Assembly: GCA_963719085.1 (NCBI GenBank)
Contig: CAVRAL010000004.1
Location: 544,001 to 608,000, forward strand
DNA length: 64,000 nt
Reading direction: 5' to 3'
Source: a candidate division FCPU426 bacterium
Lineage (GTDB): Bacteria; Oederibacteriota; Muellerivitia; Muellerivitales; Muellerivitaceae
In this document: piece after piece, positions 27,895 through 36,829 of the stretch
How positions within the stretch are numbered: the stretch's first letter is position 1
How the letters are laid out: the number at the start of each line of letters is the position of its first letter
Made by a program: the position numbers and the translations under genes
The notes under the pieces: model-generated
Told to the model about the DNA's origin: nothing
Seen by the model: only the letters and a program-made list of their open reading frames with translations
Database searches by the model: none

Positions 27895-28422
27895 ATGGCT
27901 TCCCACGTGAAAGTAAAATTCAAAAAACAGCCTTATGACCGGCTGAAAAAAAGAAAGTCCAAAGCCCAGACGACCAAGCCTTCCCACCGGATCCGGGTGG
28001 ATTGGCACGAGTACTTCATGAACATCGCGCGGGAAGTCGCCACCCGCTCCACCTGCGACCGCAAGCATGTGGGCGCGGTCATCGTCCGGGACAAAACCAT
28101 TCTTTCCACCGGTTACAACGGAAGCGTGCGCGGCATGGCCCATTGCGATGACGCGGGCCACATGATGGAAGACGGGCATTGCGTGGCCACCATCCACGCC
28201 GAGTCCAACGCGGTGATCCAGGCCGCCCGCAACGGCGTCAGGCTGGAAGGCGCGGAAATTTATGTGACGGCGTCGCCCTGCTGGAATTGTTTTAAGATGC
28301 TGGCCAACGCGGGGATCAAGACCATTTATTACGGGGAATTTTACCGTGACGACCGGATCTTCGACGCGTCCAAGAAGCTGGGAATCTTGACGACCTTGAT
28401 TCCTATTCGGAAACCTAAATAA
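27895..28422 (+). CDS. dCMP deaminase (ComEB family)
   Basis: RSTCDRKHVGAVIV, STGYNG, HAESNA, SPCWNC. Confidence 0.92.
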   Translation: MASHVKVKFKKQPYDRLKKRKSKAQTTKPSHRIRVDWHEYFMNIAREVATRSTCDRKHVGAVIVRDKTILSTGYNGSVRGMAHCDDAGHMMEDGHCVATIHAESNAVIQAARNGVRLEGAEIYVTASPCWNCFKMLANAGIKTIYYGEFYRDDRIFDASKKLGILTTLIPIRKPK

Positions 28423-28431
28423 TCAAGGGCA

Positions 28432-29139
28432 TCAAGACCGGTTGCGCAGCCGCCAAAACCAACTGAACGCCAAGCTCAAAAAAATGGCGGAACCGTAAAC
28501 CAGCCAGCGATCGTTCAACGGCAGTGTCCGGGCGAACAAAAAAACCGCTCCCAAACCAAACCCTAAAACCATCCCAAAGTTCCCGGCTTTTTTCGTTTTC
28601 TTATTCCAAGCCGCCTGGTTCTGTTTATCCAGAATTCTCAATAGGTCCGGATCCACCTTGGCGGGGTCCACCCACAAAATCAATTTTTCCAGGCATTTCA
28701 AATAAGTCTTTTCCGCCGATGAAATGCGCAAGAGCCCCGAAGCGCCGTCCCAATCCCAGTATTCGACTTCCACCGCTTGATTATAAAGCGTGCCCCCGTA
28801 TTCCCGTGTACCCGCTGAACGGACGGACTGCACCCGATCCCAGCCGATCTTTTTCCACGACTGCGCGCCGAAGCAAGCCGCGACAAAGGAACGATGCTCA
28901 AACAAAGCGGGTGAAAGGGTGGCTACCCATTTAGGCGTCCAAAACCAAAAAATTAAAAAAAACTGAAACCCAAGTACCCCATAAACCAGAAATAGGAACC
29001 ATTCCAGGTGGTGGATCAACAACGGGGGTAGAATTAATAAAAAAGGAAAGACGGAAAAAAATACGATTTCACGAAGACCCAGCCATTTCCAAACCGACCC
29101 GCCCGGAAACCGAATCTTGACTTGAAATCGGTCGCTCAT
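28432..29139 (-). CDS. Hypothetical membrane protein
   Basis: Four hydrophobic segments; ATGA-coupled to the NUDIX gene. Confidence 0.65.
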   Translation of the reverse strand: MSDRFQVKIRFPGGSVWKWLGLREIVFFSVFPFLLILPPLLIHHLEWFLFLVYGVLGFQFFLIFWFWTPKWVATLSPALFEHRSFVAACFGAQSWKKIGWDRVQSVRSAGTREYGGTLYNQAVEVEYWDWDGASGLLRISSAEKTYLKCLEKLILWVDPAKVDPDLLRILDKQNQAAWNKKTKKAGNFGMVLGFGLGAVFLFARTLPLNDRWLVYGSAIFLSLAFSWFWRLRNRS

Positions 29140-29597
29140 GGCCGTACCGCCTTCAGGGCTTCCCTCGCGTAAAAAATCAGCGGCTTGGACAAGCCCCACT
29201 TCGCCTGTTCCAAATCTTTTTCCGCCAGCCACTGGATATCCCTATGCTCCTCGGTATTGAGCGTCACTTGGCCGGATTTCACCCGGGCGAAATAAATCAT
29301 GCCGATATGCCAATGGGGTTCTTTAATCAGATGAACGTCCAGATAAGCCGGCGCCAAAAGGGGAATCAGGCCGGGCTCTTCCTCAAGCGGCGGACGCTTC
29401 CCCACCAGTTCCACGTCCAAGCCGCTTTCTTCCTTGGCTTCCCGCAAGGCCGCGGCTTCGGGGTTCTCATCCAGCTCAATATGGCCCCCAATGGGAAGCC
29501 AGCGGTTCAATTGTTTGTGGAAAATAAAAAGAACCTGTTGGTTTTGAACAATGAAAATAGAGACGGTGAAGTCGATCTTTTCGTGGATATGGGGCAT
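29136..29597 (-). CDS. NUDIX hydrolase
   Basis: Nudix box GGHIELDENPEAAALREAKEESGL. Confidence 0.92.
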   Translation of the reverse strand: MPHIHEKIDFTVSIFIVQNQQVLFIFHKQLNRWLPIGGHIELDENPEAAALREAKEESGLDVELVGKRPPLEEEPGLIPLLAPAYLDVHLIKEPHWHIGMIYFARVKSGQVTLNTEEHRDIQWLAEKDLEQAKWGLSKPLIFYAREALKAVRP

Positions 29598-29713
29598 GGT
29601 CCCTCGTCATAAAATCCAGAGTTATTCAGTGTAAAAAAGAAGCTTAAACGCCCTTCGCCCGGCAAAGCCCAAGCGTATGGAGACCTATCAGGCATAGCTA
29701 AAGCGAAGCCGGA

Positions 29714-30100
29714 TCAGCCTTTCAGGTACTTCGCGATGGGCTTCCAATAAAAGTCTTTCCAGCCCTTGGCGTAACTTTCACCGCGCGCGGCGATGGCCGT
29801 GTGGGTCATGGTTAAAAGACAGCCGCCAGGAGCCTTCTCGAAGGTCAGGACTAAAATGGAATCCGAGTGTGCCTTTTTAAACTCCGAACTGCGCCAGGAT
29901 TGGACAATGGTTTTTCCGGGAACCAACAACAAATTTTTGCCCCAGATATAACCGTTCCAAGCCGTAAAGGAACCGCCAACCTTGCGGCCGATGACAGCCT
30001 TACCGCCGGTGGCCCGGGTATGTTTTTTGGAATCCATGAAAATTTCATAAAGCTTCTCGGGTGATGTTTTGAACTTCACCTTTTGAAGGATGGTTTTCAT
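29714..30100 (-). CDS. SRPBCC / AHSA1 domain protein
   Basis: SPEKLYEIFMD, GGSFTAWNG, LVPGKTIVQSWR, GWKDFYW. Confidence 0.88.
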   Translation of the reverse strand: MKTILQKVKFKTSPEKLYEIFMDSKKHTRATGGKAVIGRKVGGSFTAWNGYIWGKNLLLVPGKTIVQSWRSSEFKKAHSDSILVLTFEKAPGGCLLTMTHTAIAARGESYAKGWKDFYWKPIAKYLKG

Positions 30101-30127
30101 GGCGGCTCCTTTTAAAGGTCTGACAAT

Positions 30128-30164
30128 AAAAAAACCCCGCTTTTGTTAAAATCACAAAGCGGGG
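30128..30164 (-). terminator. Intrinsic terminator after the NHL lipoprotein gene
   Basis: CCCCGCTTT/AAAGCGGGG stem with a minus-strand T-run. Confidence 0.6.
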
Positions 30165-30195
30165 CGGGTGATGTTTTAAAGTTTTTAAACTAAAA

Positions 30196-31461
30196 TCAGG
30201 GACCGAAAACCTGAATCATGTCGTTGTTTTGGTCACCCACCAGAATATTTGAAAGTGGTGCGGTTAGGGCAGCGTTGCCAATTAAAACGATGGGGCCGGG
30301 ATAAAAAGGAGCGAATTCATTCGGGCTCTTCGGGTCACCCCAAATTCTTAACAACGTGGCATGGCTAGAATCAATAATTTTATATTCCTCAACTTGTCCC
30401 GCGCCGCCAATGCCGTTTCCGATATCCGAAACGTAAAAGTCCCCGCTCCCATCAACCGCTAAACCGTTAATGATTGAATTGTTGGGAAGAGTCCAGCTAC
30501 CCTTAATTGTGGTTCCTTGGGAAGCGTATTCCTGAACCACAGAGGAGCCGGGACCTACGTCACCCACATAGACATTCGCCGGTACGGCAAGGTCGCAAAC
30601 CACTACCGTTGGTTTTTTGAATTGATACGTATTAGAGCCAGTCCAAAAACCTTGTCCAGCAGGGGTCCCAACCGCATTGATGAAGTAACCCCCAATGGCA
30701 AAATCAAGAATGCGGGCGTTTCCGGTATCCGCGACATAAAAGTTTCCATTCGAGTCCGATGTCAAACTCTGGGGGTTTTTCATGGGACTTCCGCCGTAAC
30801 TAGACGTTATACTATCAATAGGCTCACGAAATGATCCCGTAATTCCTAGGTTAAATACGTTATCTCCCTCATAAAGGGTAGCACTACCACTACCCCCGAT
30901 GACACCGGGAGAATCCAGTACCACCCATTCTCCATGTGCGTTAGGAGCTGTGTTAGGTGTATAGGCCAGCCCTTGAGGATTATTCATTATTGTCAGAACC
31001 GAATGACCTTCGAAAGATGTCGGCCCTTCTCCTGGTGTAGGAACTCCAACATAAATGAAATCTGTATTCGGGTTTGCCGTGGAACTTCCAACGGTATAAT
31101 TTTCGAACATGGTGATATCCCCGCCAGCTGTTACCTCTCCTTCCGCCACTTCCACATTCAAGCTTCCAGGAGAGCAGAAAAAGGCGTTGGGTTGGGCTGT
31201 CAAGCGAGTGTTGGAATCAAAAACCGGCGTTGCCACAAAAGTCGCGGTAGTGGTTGGAATAGGGGTAAAGGTTGCAGTCGAACCAGGAACAAGAGTAGTC
31301 GTTGGAGTCGCGGTGAATCCACCGGGAGTCGGAGTGTGTGTCGCGAGTCCTGGTGAGGTGGGGCCGGAAGTATTATTGGTGGTGCAAGCCAGAGGAAGGC
31401 CGATCGCCGTCAGAAGAACGAGAATCGCGATGCCTTGTTTCAAACTTTGGCGTTGTTTCAT
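30196..31461 (-). CDS. NHL-repeat beta-propeller lipoprotein with Thr/Pro linker
   Basis: LPLAC lipobox-like; NPQSLTSDSNGNFYVADTGNARI, GLAVDGSGDFYVSD, ILVGDQNNDMIQVF. Confidence 0.8.
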   Translation of the reverse strand: MKQRQSLKQGIAILVLLTAIGLPLACTTNNTSGPTSPGLATHTPTPGGFTATPTTTLVPGSTATFTPIPTTTATFVATPVFDSNTRLTAQPNAFFCSPGSLNVEVAEGEVTAGGDITMFENYTVGSSTANPNTDFIYVGVPTPGEGPTSFEGHSVLTIMNNPQGLAYTPNTAPNAHGEWVVLDSPGVIGGSGSATLYEGDNVFNLGITGSFREPIDSITSSYGGSPMKNPQSLTSDSNGNFYVADTGNARILDFAIGGYFINAVGTPAGQGFWTGSNTYQFKKPTVVVCDLAVPANVYVGDVGPGSSVVQEYASQGTTIKGSWTLPNNSIINGLAVDGSGDFYVSDIGNGIGGAGQVEEYKIIDSSHATLLRIWGDPKSPNEFAPFYPGPIVLIGNAALTAPLSNILVGDQNNDMIQVFGP

Positions 31462-31635
31462 ACTTTCACCTTAAATTGAATTTGGGCCCGGCTGAATTGC
31501 CATAATTATACCCGACTTTTATAAAATGAAAGAATTTAAAGAATCTCCAGTCGGCTAGGCTACCGCCCAGCGTCTATTTGCTTTGAAAATGGGCCAAAAG
31601 ACCCTTTTATTTAGAAAGATAAGCGAGAATCCCCC

Positions 31636-32544
31636 TTGAACGCCCTGGTCAAAAGAACCCTTTGGAAAATTCTTCCGCGCGGCCCCTCCGTGAACTGGCT
31701 TTTCGCGGCCCCTTATTTTCACCGCTATCATCGCCGCTTACCCTTGGATTCCCATTCCCCCCAAGCGGGCCTGGAGGATTATATTTTTTCCCGGATGATC
31801 GGCCGCTTCACGCCCTGGGAAGAAAGTTGTGTGGATAAGGAAACCGCCAAGTCCATCGCCTTGGGCCTCGCCCCAAACGTGAAGATGGCCCGCGTCGAGG
31901 CGGTAATGAAGCTGTCGCCCCGAACCCGGGCTGAGGAAGTGGAGGCCTTCCTCGCTCCTTTTTGGGGGAAGCCCTTGGTGGCCAAACCCACCAACGGCTC
32001 CGGAGGCTCGGTTTTTTTGGACTCTCCCCGCGGCGCGTTGGCCGCCGAAGCTTTGAGCCTGCTCCGGCTGGCCCGGCAAAATTATTTTTTCCATCGGTTT
32101 GAAGTTCAATACCGGCGCCTCGCGCCAAAAATTTTGGTGGAAGAATCCATTGGGCGGCCTTCCCCGCCGGATTTCCGCTTTTGGGCCTCCCGGGGCAGGC
32201 TCTATTTCTGTCAATATAACGAAGGCGCCCCTCCCGATCTCCGGCAGGCTTTTTTCACGGTTCCTGATTATTCTCCCATTTTCCTGCCCAGCCGTTATCG
32301 CTCCCCGATCTCCCCGCGCGCAAAACCTCCTCATTGGGATGCCATGCTCTCGATCGCTTCCCAGTTAAGCGCGCCCTTTGATTTGGTCCGCGTGGATTTG
32401 TACGACCTGCCCCAAGGGGTTTATTTCGGGGAATTCACGCTCACTCCCAACGCCTCGGAACTTCCTTTCCGGGACCCGGCCTTCAGCCGCCGATGCCTGC
32501 GGGAAATGCGGGCCCACCTGCGCTCGATACCCGAAAACCTTTGA
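31636..32544 (+). CDS. TupA-like ATP-grasp protein
   Basis: VDK, KPTNGSG, ILVEE, DFRF, LVRVDLY, YFGEFTLTP. Confidence 0.8.
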   Translation: MNALVKRTLWKILPRGPSVNWLFAAPYFHRYHRRLPLDSHSPQAGLEDYIFSRMIGRFTPWEESCVDKETAKSIALGLAPNVKMARVEAVMKLSPRTRAEEVEAFLAPFWGKPLVAKPTNGSGGSVFLDSPRGALAAEALSLLRLARQNYFFHRFEVQYRRLAPKILVEESIGRPSPPDFRFWASRGRLYFCQYNEGAPPDLRQAFFTVPDYSPIFLPSRYRSPISPRAKPPHWDAMLSIASQLSAPFDLVRVDLYDLPQGVYFGEFTLTPNASELPFRDPAFSRRCLREMRAHLRSIPENL

Positions 32545-32596
32545 AGTCCCCGGGGCCGGCGTTATGCTGGTGGCATTTTCAAACGGAGGGAACGCG

Positions 32597-33091
32597 ATGG
32601 AAAACTGGAGTAATTTTTTTCTCGCCGTCTCCGGAACTTCCGGCGCGCTGATCGGCCTTTTATTCGTCGGACTCTCGATCAACTTAAAAACCATCCTTCG
32701 TTTCGCGTCCCTGCCTTACCGGGCCCTGGAAGCCATCTTCCTTTTGTTCGGCGCGCTTCTGGTGGCCCTGCTGGTGCTGGTTCCGGGCCAAAGCCTGTTT
32801 CTTTTAGGCATCGAGATCGCTTCACTTGGTTTTTTGACCTGGGGCGCCACGTCTTATTTCACTTGGGCCAGCTACCGCAAGCGCACGAAAGCGATCGAGA
32901 AAAAATACGCCCCGACGCATTTCTTGATGATGCTGTTTGATCAGGTCACGACCTTGTCTTATCTCGTCGGCGGGTTTTTATTGATCAACAACGCTCCCGC
33001 GGGTTTTTACTGGCTGGTTCCCGCCATGCTGCTTTCACTGGTGATCGCGGTCACCGATTCCTGGGTTCTTTTGGTAGAGATCAACCGCTAA
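32597..33091 (+). CDS. Hypothetical membrane protein
   Basis: SD GGAGG; WSNFFLAVSGTSGALIGLLFVGLSIN...SWVLLVEINR. Confidence 0.75.
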   Translation: MENWSNFFLAVSGTSGALIGLLFVGLSINLKTILRFASLPYRALEAIFLLFGALLVALLVLVPGQSLFLLGIEIASLGFLTWGATSYFTWASYRKRTKAIEKKYAPTHFLMMLFDQVTTLSYLVGGFLLINNAPAGFYWLVPAMLLSLVIAVTDSWVLLVEINR

Positions 33092-33167
33092 AATCACGGG
33101 TGGGATTGGATTTTCCGGGCGAAATTAACGGTTGAGCGAAAGGGCCCTTCGGCTACAATAGGCGGCC

Positions 33168-33196
33168 CTGACAGCGGTTTGGAAAATGTGTACAAT
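33168..33196 (+). promoter_or_regulatory. Sigma70 promoter of the tRNA-Ser locus
   Basis: CTGACA-N17-TACAAT with TG extension. Confidence 0.6.
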
Positions 33197-33228
33197 TGGT
33201 GAGCAGGCCCAGCCCGCTCACGCAAGCT

Positions 33229-33315
33229 GGAGGGTTAGTCCTAATTGGTAAGGCAGTGGACTTGAAATCCACCGGGGGAAACTCCTTGCAGGTTCGAGTC
33301 CTGCACCCTCCGCCA
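33229..33315 (+). tRNA. tRNA-Ser (TGA)
   Basis: Acceptor GGAGGGT/ACCCTCC, anticodon arm GTGGA-CTTGAAA-TCCAC, long variable arm, GGTTCGAGTCC, G73, encoded CCA. Confidence 0.95.
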
Positions 33316-33580
33316 TATAGCAATCCGCCTGAAAGGCGGCTTGCTATATGGCGAAGTTTGTACAGCGCGCGAACCGATAGGTTCGACGCCATCGACTAGC
33401 GTAGCGTTAGCGAAGCTGAAAGATGGCGGGACAAAAGTCTCCATCAAGAATCAAATAAAAAATGGTTCTTTTGTCCGGACGGTGTTTTCGTGTCTATCCG
33501 TTGACGGAATGTTTTGGGGTTGTTCGACGCGCCGTGAAGTTCGCTGATGCTTTTTTAATCGATCTACTTTGTTCCAGCCT

Positions 33581-33715
33581 GGAGAGATGGCCGATCGGCT
33601 GACGCCCAGCGGGGCGGGGCGAAGTTCCCGCTAAACTATAAATTTATTTGGTTTTACTTCGCCCAGGCGATACCACTTCGGTGGATCCTCGCCGCAAAGC
33701 AAGTAGAACTCTGAT
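33581..33715 (+). repeat. Duplicated tRNA-Ser(GCT) 5' end (22 nt) plus 113-nt hairpin-rich spacer
   Basis: GGAGAGATGGCCGATCGGCTGA versus GGAGAGATGGCCGAGCGGCTGA at 33716. Confidence 0.8.
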
Positions 33716-33807
33716 GGAGAGATGGCCGAGCGGCTGAAGGCGACGGTTTGCTAAACCGTTAAAGGAGTCAAATCCTTTCAAGGGTTCGAATCCCTTTCTC
33801 TCCGCCA
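33716..33807 (+). tRNA. tRNA-Ser (GCT)
   Basis: Acceptor GGAGAGA/TCTCTCC, anticodon arm ACGGT-TTGCTAA-ACCGT, long variable arm, GGTTCGAATCC, encoded CCA. Confidence 0.96.
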
Positions 33808-33979
33808 CATGTCTCGCGCGCCCGCCCCATCCGGGGCGGCGAAGCGATCCCCTTGAAACCCTGGTTTTAGCCCTATTCAACCCGTCTCTTCGCCTTTTCG
33901 CTCCCCTTTCAGCCGGACTTTCGATAAAATGGCCTTAGATTCAACTAGCGGGCGCGAAGCCCCTGAACACGAGGATTCC

Positions 33980-34531
33980 GTGAAAACTTCTTTCTGGCAA
34001 AATCTCTTCTTCATCGCCCTTTTGGGATCCTCCACCGTGCTTTTGCCGGCCTGCGGCGGAAACGCGGTGAAAAGCAGCGACAATTCAACCCCCATGATGA
34101 ACGCCGAGTCCACGCCGGATACCAGCGCGCAATCTTCCAGCAGCGCCTCAACGGTTCCCGAAAATAGCTACGTGGAAAAATCCTCCTCGAAGTCCAAGTC
34201 CAGCGCGGTCAAGGCGCCGGTTTCCACGGTTCCCCTGGCTTCCGCGCCGACCCCTTTGCCGACTCAAGACATCAGCTCCGCCACACCCGTGGCCGAACCC
34301 GCGGCCGTCCCGCAAAAAAGCGGTTCCCATTTCCTCTGGTGGCTGCTGCTGATCCTGATCTTGGCCGGCATCGGCTGGTACTTCTGGAGCAAAAACCACA
34401 GCGACGAGGATGAGTTCCAACCCCATCCTCCTTCCGGCGGACTTTCACCGGTCAGCGGTTATACCGGCACCAAGCATTTGGAAGCCGATGAAAAGAAAGC
34501 CCCGTCCATTTGGACCCGGAAGCTTTTCTAA
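33980..34531 (+). CDS. Putative lipoprotein, Ser/Thr/Pro-rich, with a C-terminal TM helix
   Basis: GTG after GAGG; LLPAC; TM FLWWLLLILILAGIGWYFW. Confidence 0.7.
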   Translation: MKTSFWQNLFFIALLGSSTVLLPACGGNAVKSSDNSTPMMNAESTPDTSAQSSSSASTVPENSYVEKSSSKSKSSAVKAPVSTVPLASAPTPLPTQDISSATPVAEPAAVPQKSGSHFLWWLLLILILAGIGWYFWSKNHSDEDEFQPHPPSGGLSPVSGYTGTKHLEADEKKAPSIWTRKLF

Positions 34532-34560
34532 TTAAACTAAGTCGCTCAGCCTAAACCGCC

Positions 34561-35199
34561 ATGGCTTCCTTTTTTGAGCCCGATAGCCTGATGGAAGTCC
34601 TTCAACCCGACCGTTGTCCCATTTGTTTTCTCGTCCACGATTACGTTCAAAATTTCCTGCGCAACCTTTTGGAAGAAAGCGTCACCGATCCCCATACGAG
34701 GTCGCGGCTTTTAAAATCGAACGGGTTCTGCCGCCGGCACGCTTGGAACGGGGTGGGCCAGGCCCAGGCCTTGGGAATGGCGGTGCTTTATTCCCATTTG
34801 ATAAAAGATGGATTGGCGCGGATCCAGCGGGCCCCCTCAATCGCGCGCTTTTTGAAAAAGCAACCGCCCTGCCCCGTTTGTGAAGCCGAGCTGGAACACG
34901 AAAACATCCAAGTCAAACAATTCGCCGCCGGCTGGTCCCAATCCGAAGCCTTACGGGCGGCGTTTGAAACCCACGGCCTGCTTTGCCTGCCCCATTTGGG
35001 GAAAATACTGCCTCGAGTCAAAAAAAATTCTTACCGCTATCTTCTTTTACAGGCGGCGCAAAAGGCCTTGCGGCCGTTATTGAAAGATTTGAATGAATTC
35101 CTCGAAAAACAGGATTATCATCGGTCAAAAGAAGCGATGGGCCCCGAATGGGACGCTTGGATCCGCGCGGTTCGCGTGGTCAACGGGGAACGGGAGTAG
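34561..35199 (+). CDS. DUF6062-like Cys/His metal-binding protein
   Basis: CPIC, GFCRRHA, CPVC, LCLPH, EFLEKQDY. Confidence 0.75.
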   Translation: MASFFEPDSLMEVLQPDRCPICFLVHDYVQNFLRNLLEESVTDPHTRSRLLKSNGFCRRHAWNGVGQAQALGMAVLYSHLIKDGLARIQRAPSIARFLKKQPPCPVCEAELEHENIQVKQFAAGWSQSEALRAAFETHGLLCLPHLGKILPRVKKNSYRYLLLQAAQKALRPLLKDLNEFLEKQDYHRSKEAMGPEWDAWIRAVRVVNGERE

Positions 35200-35203
35200 A
35201 AAA

Positions 35204-35650
35204 GTGCCGGAACCGCAAAATTTCAAGGAAAACCGCGACTGGGGCATCACGGATTACTATTTTATCGACCTCGTCATCATGCTGGCCTCCTCGGCCAAGA
35301 TCGACCTGGGCGAAATGGTGCATCCTTATTACAAGGATAAGGACCTCAACCTGCCCCGGGCCCGGGTCACCATTAATATGATCGCCTCGCTCATCAAAAA
35401 AACTTCCGGCAACCTGAACATTGAGGAAAAGAAAGTTTTAAAGGAAGTGTTGGAAGACCTGCAAAGAACCTATATCGACAAGTCCAAACAAGCCCAGACC
35501 ACCGCCGCAGAAAAAGAAAAGAACGCCCCGCCCAAAAGACCGCTGATCCCCACGCCCCCCGGCGCCGTCAAAGGCGACGTAAAGGACTGGATCCACATGG
35601 TTCAACAGGAAATCGCCAAGAAAAAGCAGAACCCACCCACCAAGCCCTGA
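35204..35650 (+). CDS. DUF1844 family protein
   Basis: LASSAKIDLG...HP...NLPRARVTINMI..L..KTSGNL..EE. Confidence 0.75.
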   Translation: MPEPQNFKENRDWGITDYYFIDLVIMLASSAKIDLGEMVHPYYKDKDLNLPRARVTINMIASLIKKTSGNLNIEEKKVLKEVLEDLQRTYIDKSKQAQTTAAEKEKNAPPKRPLIPTPPGAVKGDVKDWIHMVQQEIAKKKQNPPTKP

Positions 35651-35701
35651 TTTCGGTTTTATTTTTACTAAAATAAATCAGGACAATGCCCTGATTTCCG
35701 C

Positions 35702-36829
35702 TTAAGCCACTGACAAGGGTCTTCCCTTCCAATGGCCCTTGCCTCTCAGACTCCACCCAATGGAGTTCACCCCGATGGCCGCGAACAATAAACATCCCAA
35801 CGGATGAAACAACACGGAAACTTTGCTCATGCCATAGCGCCAAGCCTGAACCCCCCGGGCCAGCCAAAGCGCCAGACACAAGGCCAGGGCCGCCGAACCC
35901 AGTGAATTTTTAAAACCAAAAGCCAAAACCACAAAGGGCAAGACCCCGTTGATCAAAAGCGCGGCCAAGACGTTTAAAACATAAAATTTCGAAAACCCTA
36001 CGGCGGCGAAAAAGTTTTTCGAGAACCCTTCCCAAACCTCCCGGGCATTGATGTACATCCGGCAATAAGAAAAATCGCTTCCGTCCCCATAGACAAGCCG
36101 GTAACCCGCCTTGACCACTTGTTTGCCAAAGTTAAGGTCTTCCACGATCTCGGCCTTGACCGTCGCATGGCCCCCAAAGGCGCGGTAAACGGCGCGGCGG
36201 ATAAAAACAAACTGGCCGCTGACGCCCGCGAGTTGGCTGAACCGGCTGTGCCGGTTCAGGGAAAGGCGCGCGGGGAAAAAGGCCAGCAGGTGAAAAGCCA
36301 TGACCGGGATGACCAGGGCCTCCATCCAAGTCCCGGTCACTTGCCGGGTCAAAAGGGTCATCGTGTCGGCCTTCCTGGCTTCGGCCATGGCCACCGTGCG
36401 TTTGAGCATTTCGGGCCCGTGCCAAGTATCGGCGTCCGTAAAAAAGAGCCACTCGCCTTTGGCCTTCTTGGCCAATTGAAAACAGGCCCAGGGTTTTCCC
36501 AGCCAGCCCTTGGCCAGTTCCCGGCCCCGAAAGACCTGAAGCCTTTTATCCTGGGGCGCTAATTTTTTCACAAAATGAAAGGTTTGGTCGGTGGAGCGGT
36601 CATCCAACACCAAAATCTCAAAAGAGGGATAATCCTGGGCCAAGAGGCTTTTCAGGCAGGGCCCAACGCGGTCTTCCTCGTTTCGGGCGGGGATTAAGAG
36701 GGAAACCCGGGGCCATCGGCGGCGCCGAAGGTCGACGGGGGCGGGTTTGGCGAATAAAAGGGTGTTTTCGAAAAGGCAGTAAAGTATGTAAACTGCCAGG
36801 AACCACCAAAGACAAGCGAGAAGAATCAT
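35702..36829 (-). CDS. Family 2 glycosyltransferase (CrtQ/CruC-like, carotenoid glycosyltransferase type)
   Basis: SLLIPARNEE, DDRSTD, GWLGKPWAC, FTDAD, GQFVFIRR, IVED, CRMY, EGFSKN. Confidence 0.85.
   Translation of the reverse strand: MILLACLWWFLAVYILYCLFENTLLFAKPAPVDLRRRRWPRVSLLIPARNEEDRVGPCLKSLLAQDYPSFEILVLDDRSTDQTFHFVKKLAPQDKRLQVFRGRELAKGWLGKPWACFQLAKKAKGEWLFFTDADTWHGPEMLKRTVAMAEARKADTMTLLTRQVTGTWMEALVIPVMAFHLLAFFPARLSLNRHSRFSQLAGVSGQFVFIRRAVYRAFGGHATVKAEIVEDLNFGKQVVKAGYRLVYGDGSDFSYCRMYINAREVWEGFSKNFFAAVGFSKFYVLNVLAALLINGVLPFVVLAFGFKNSLGSAALALCLALWLARGVQAWRYGMSKVSVLFHPLGCLLFAAIGVNSIGWSLRGKGHWKGRPLSVA

Noticed and set aside
33229..33315. Selenocysteine or suppressor tRNA
   Set aside because: The anticodon is TGA (reads UCA, Ser), not TCA; 7-bp acceptor stem and ordinary Ser features
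33581..33715. Third tRNA or intron-containing tRNA
   Set aside because: No anticodon arm or T-arm follows the 22-nt fragment, no group I/II intron hallmarks, and the intact gene downstream has its own 5' end
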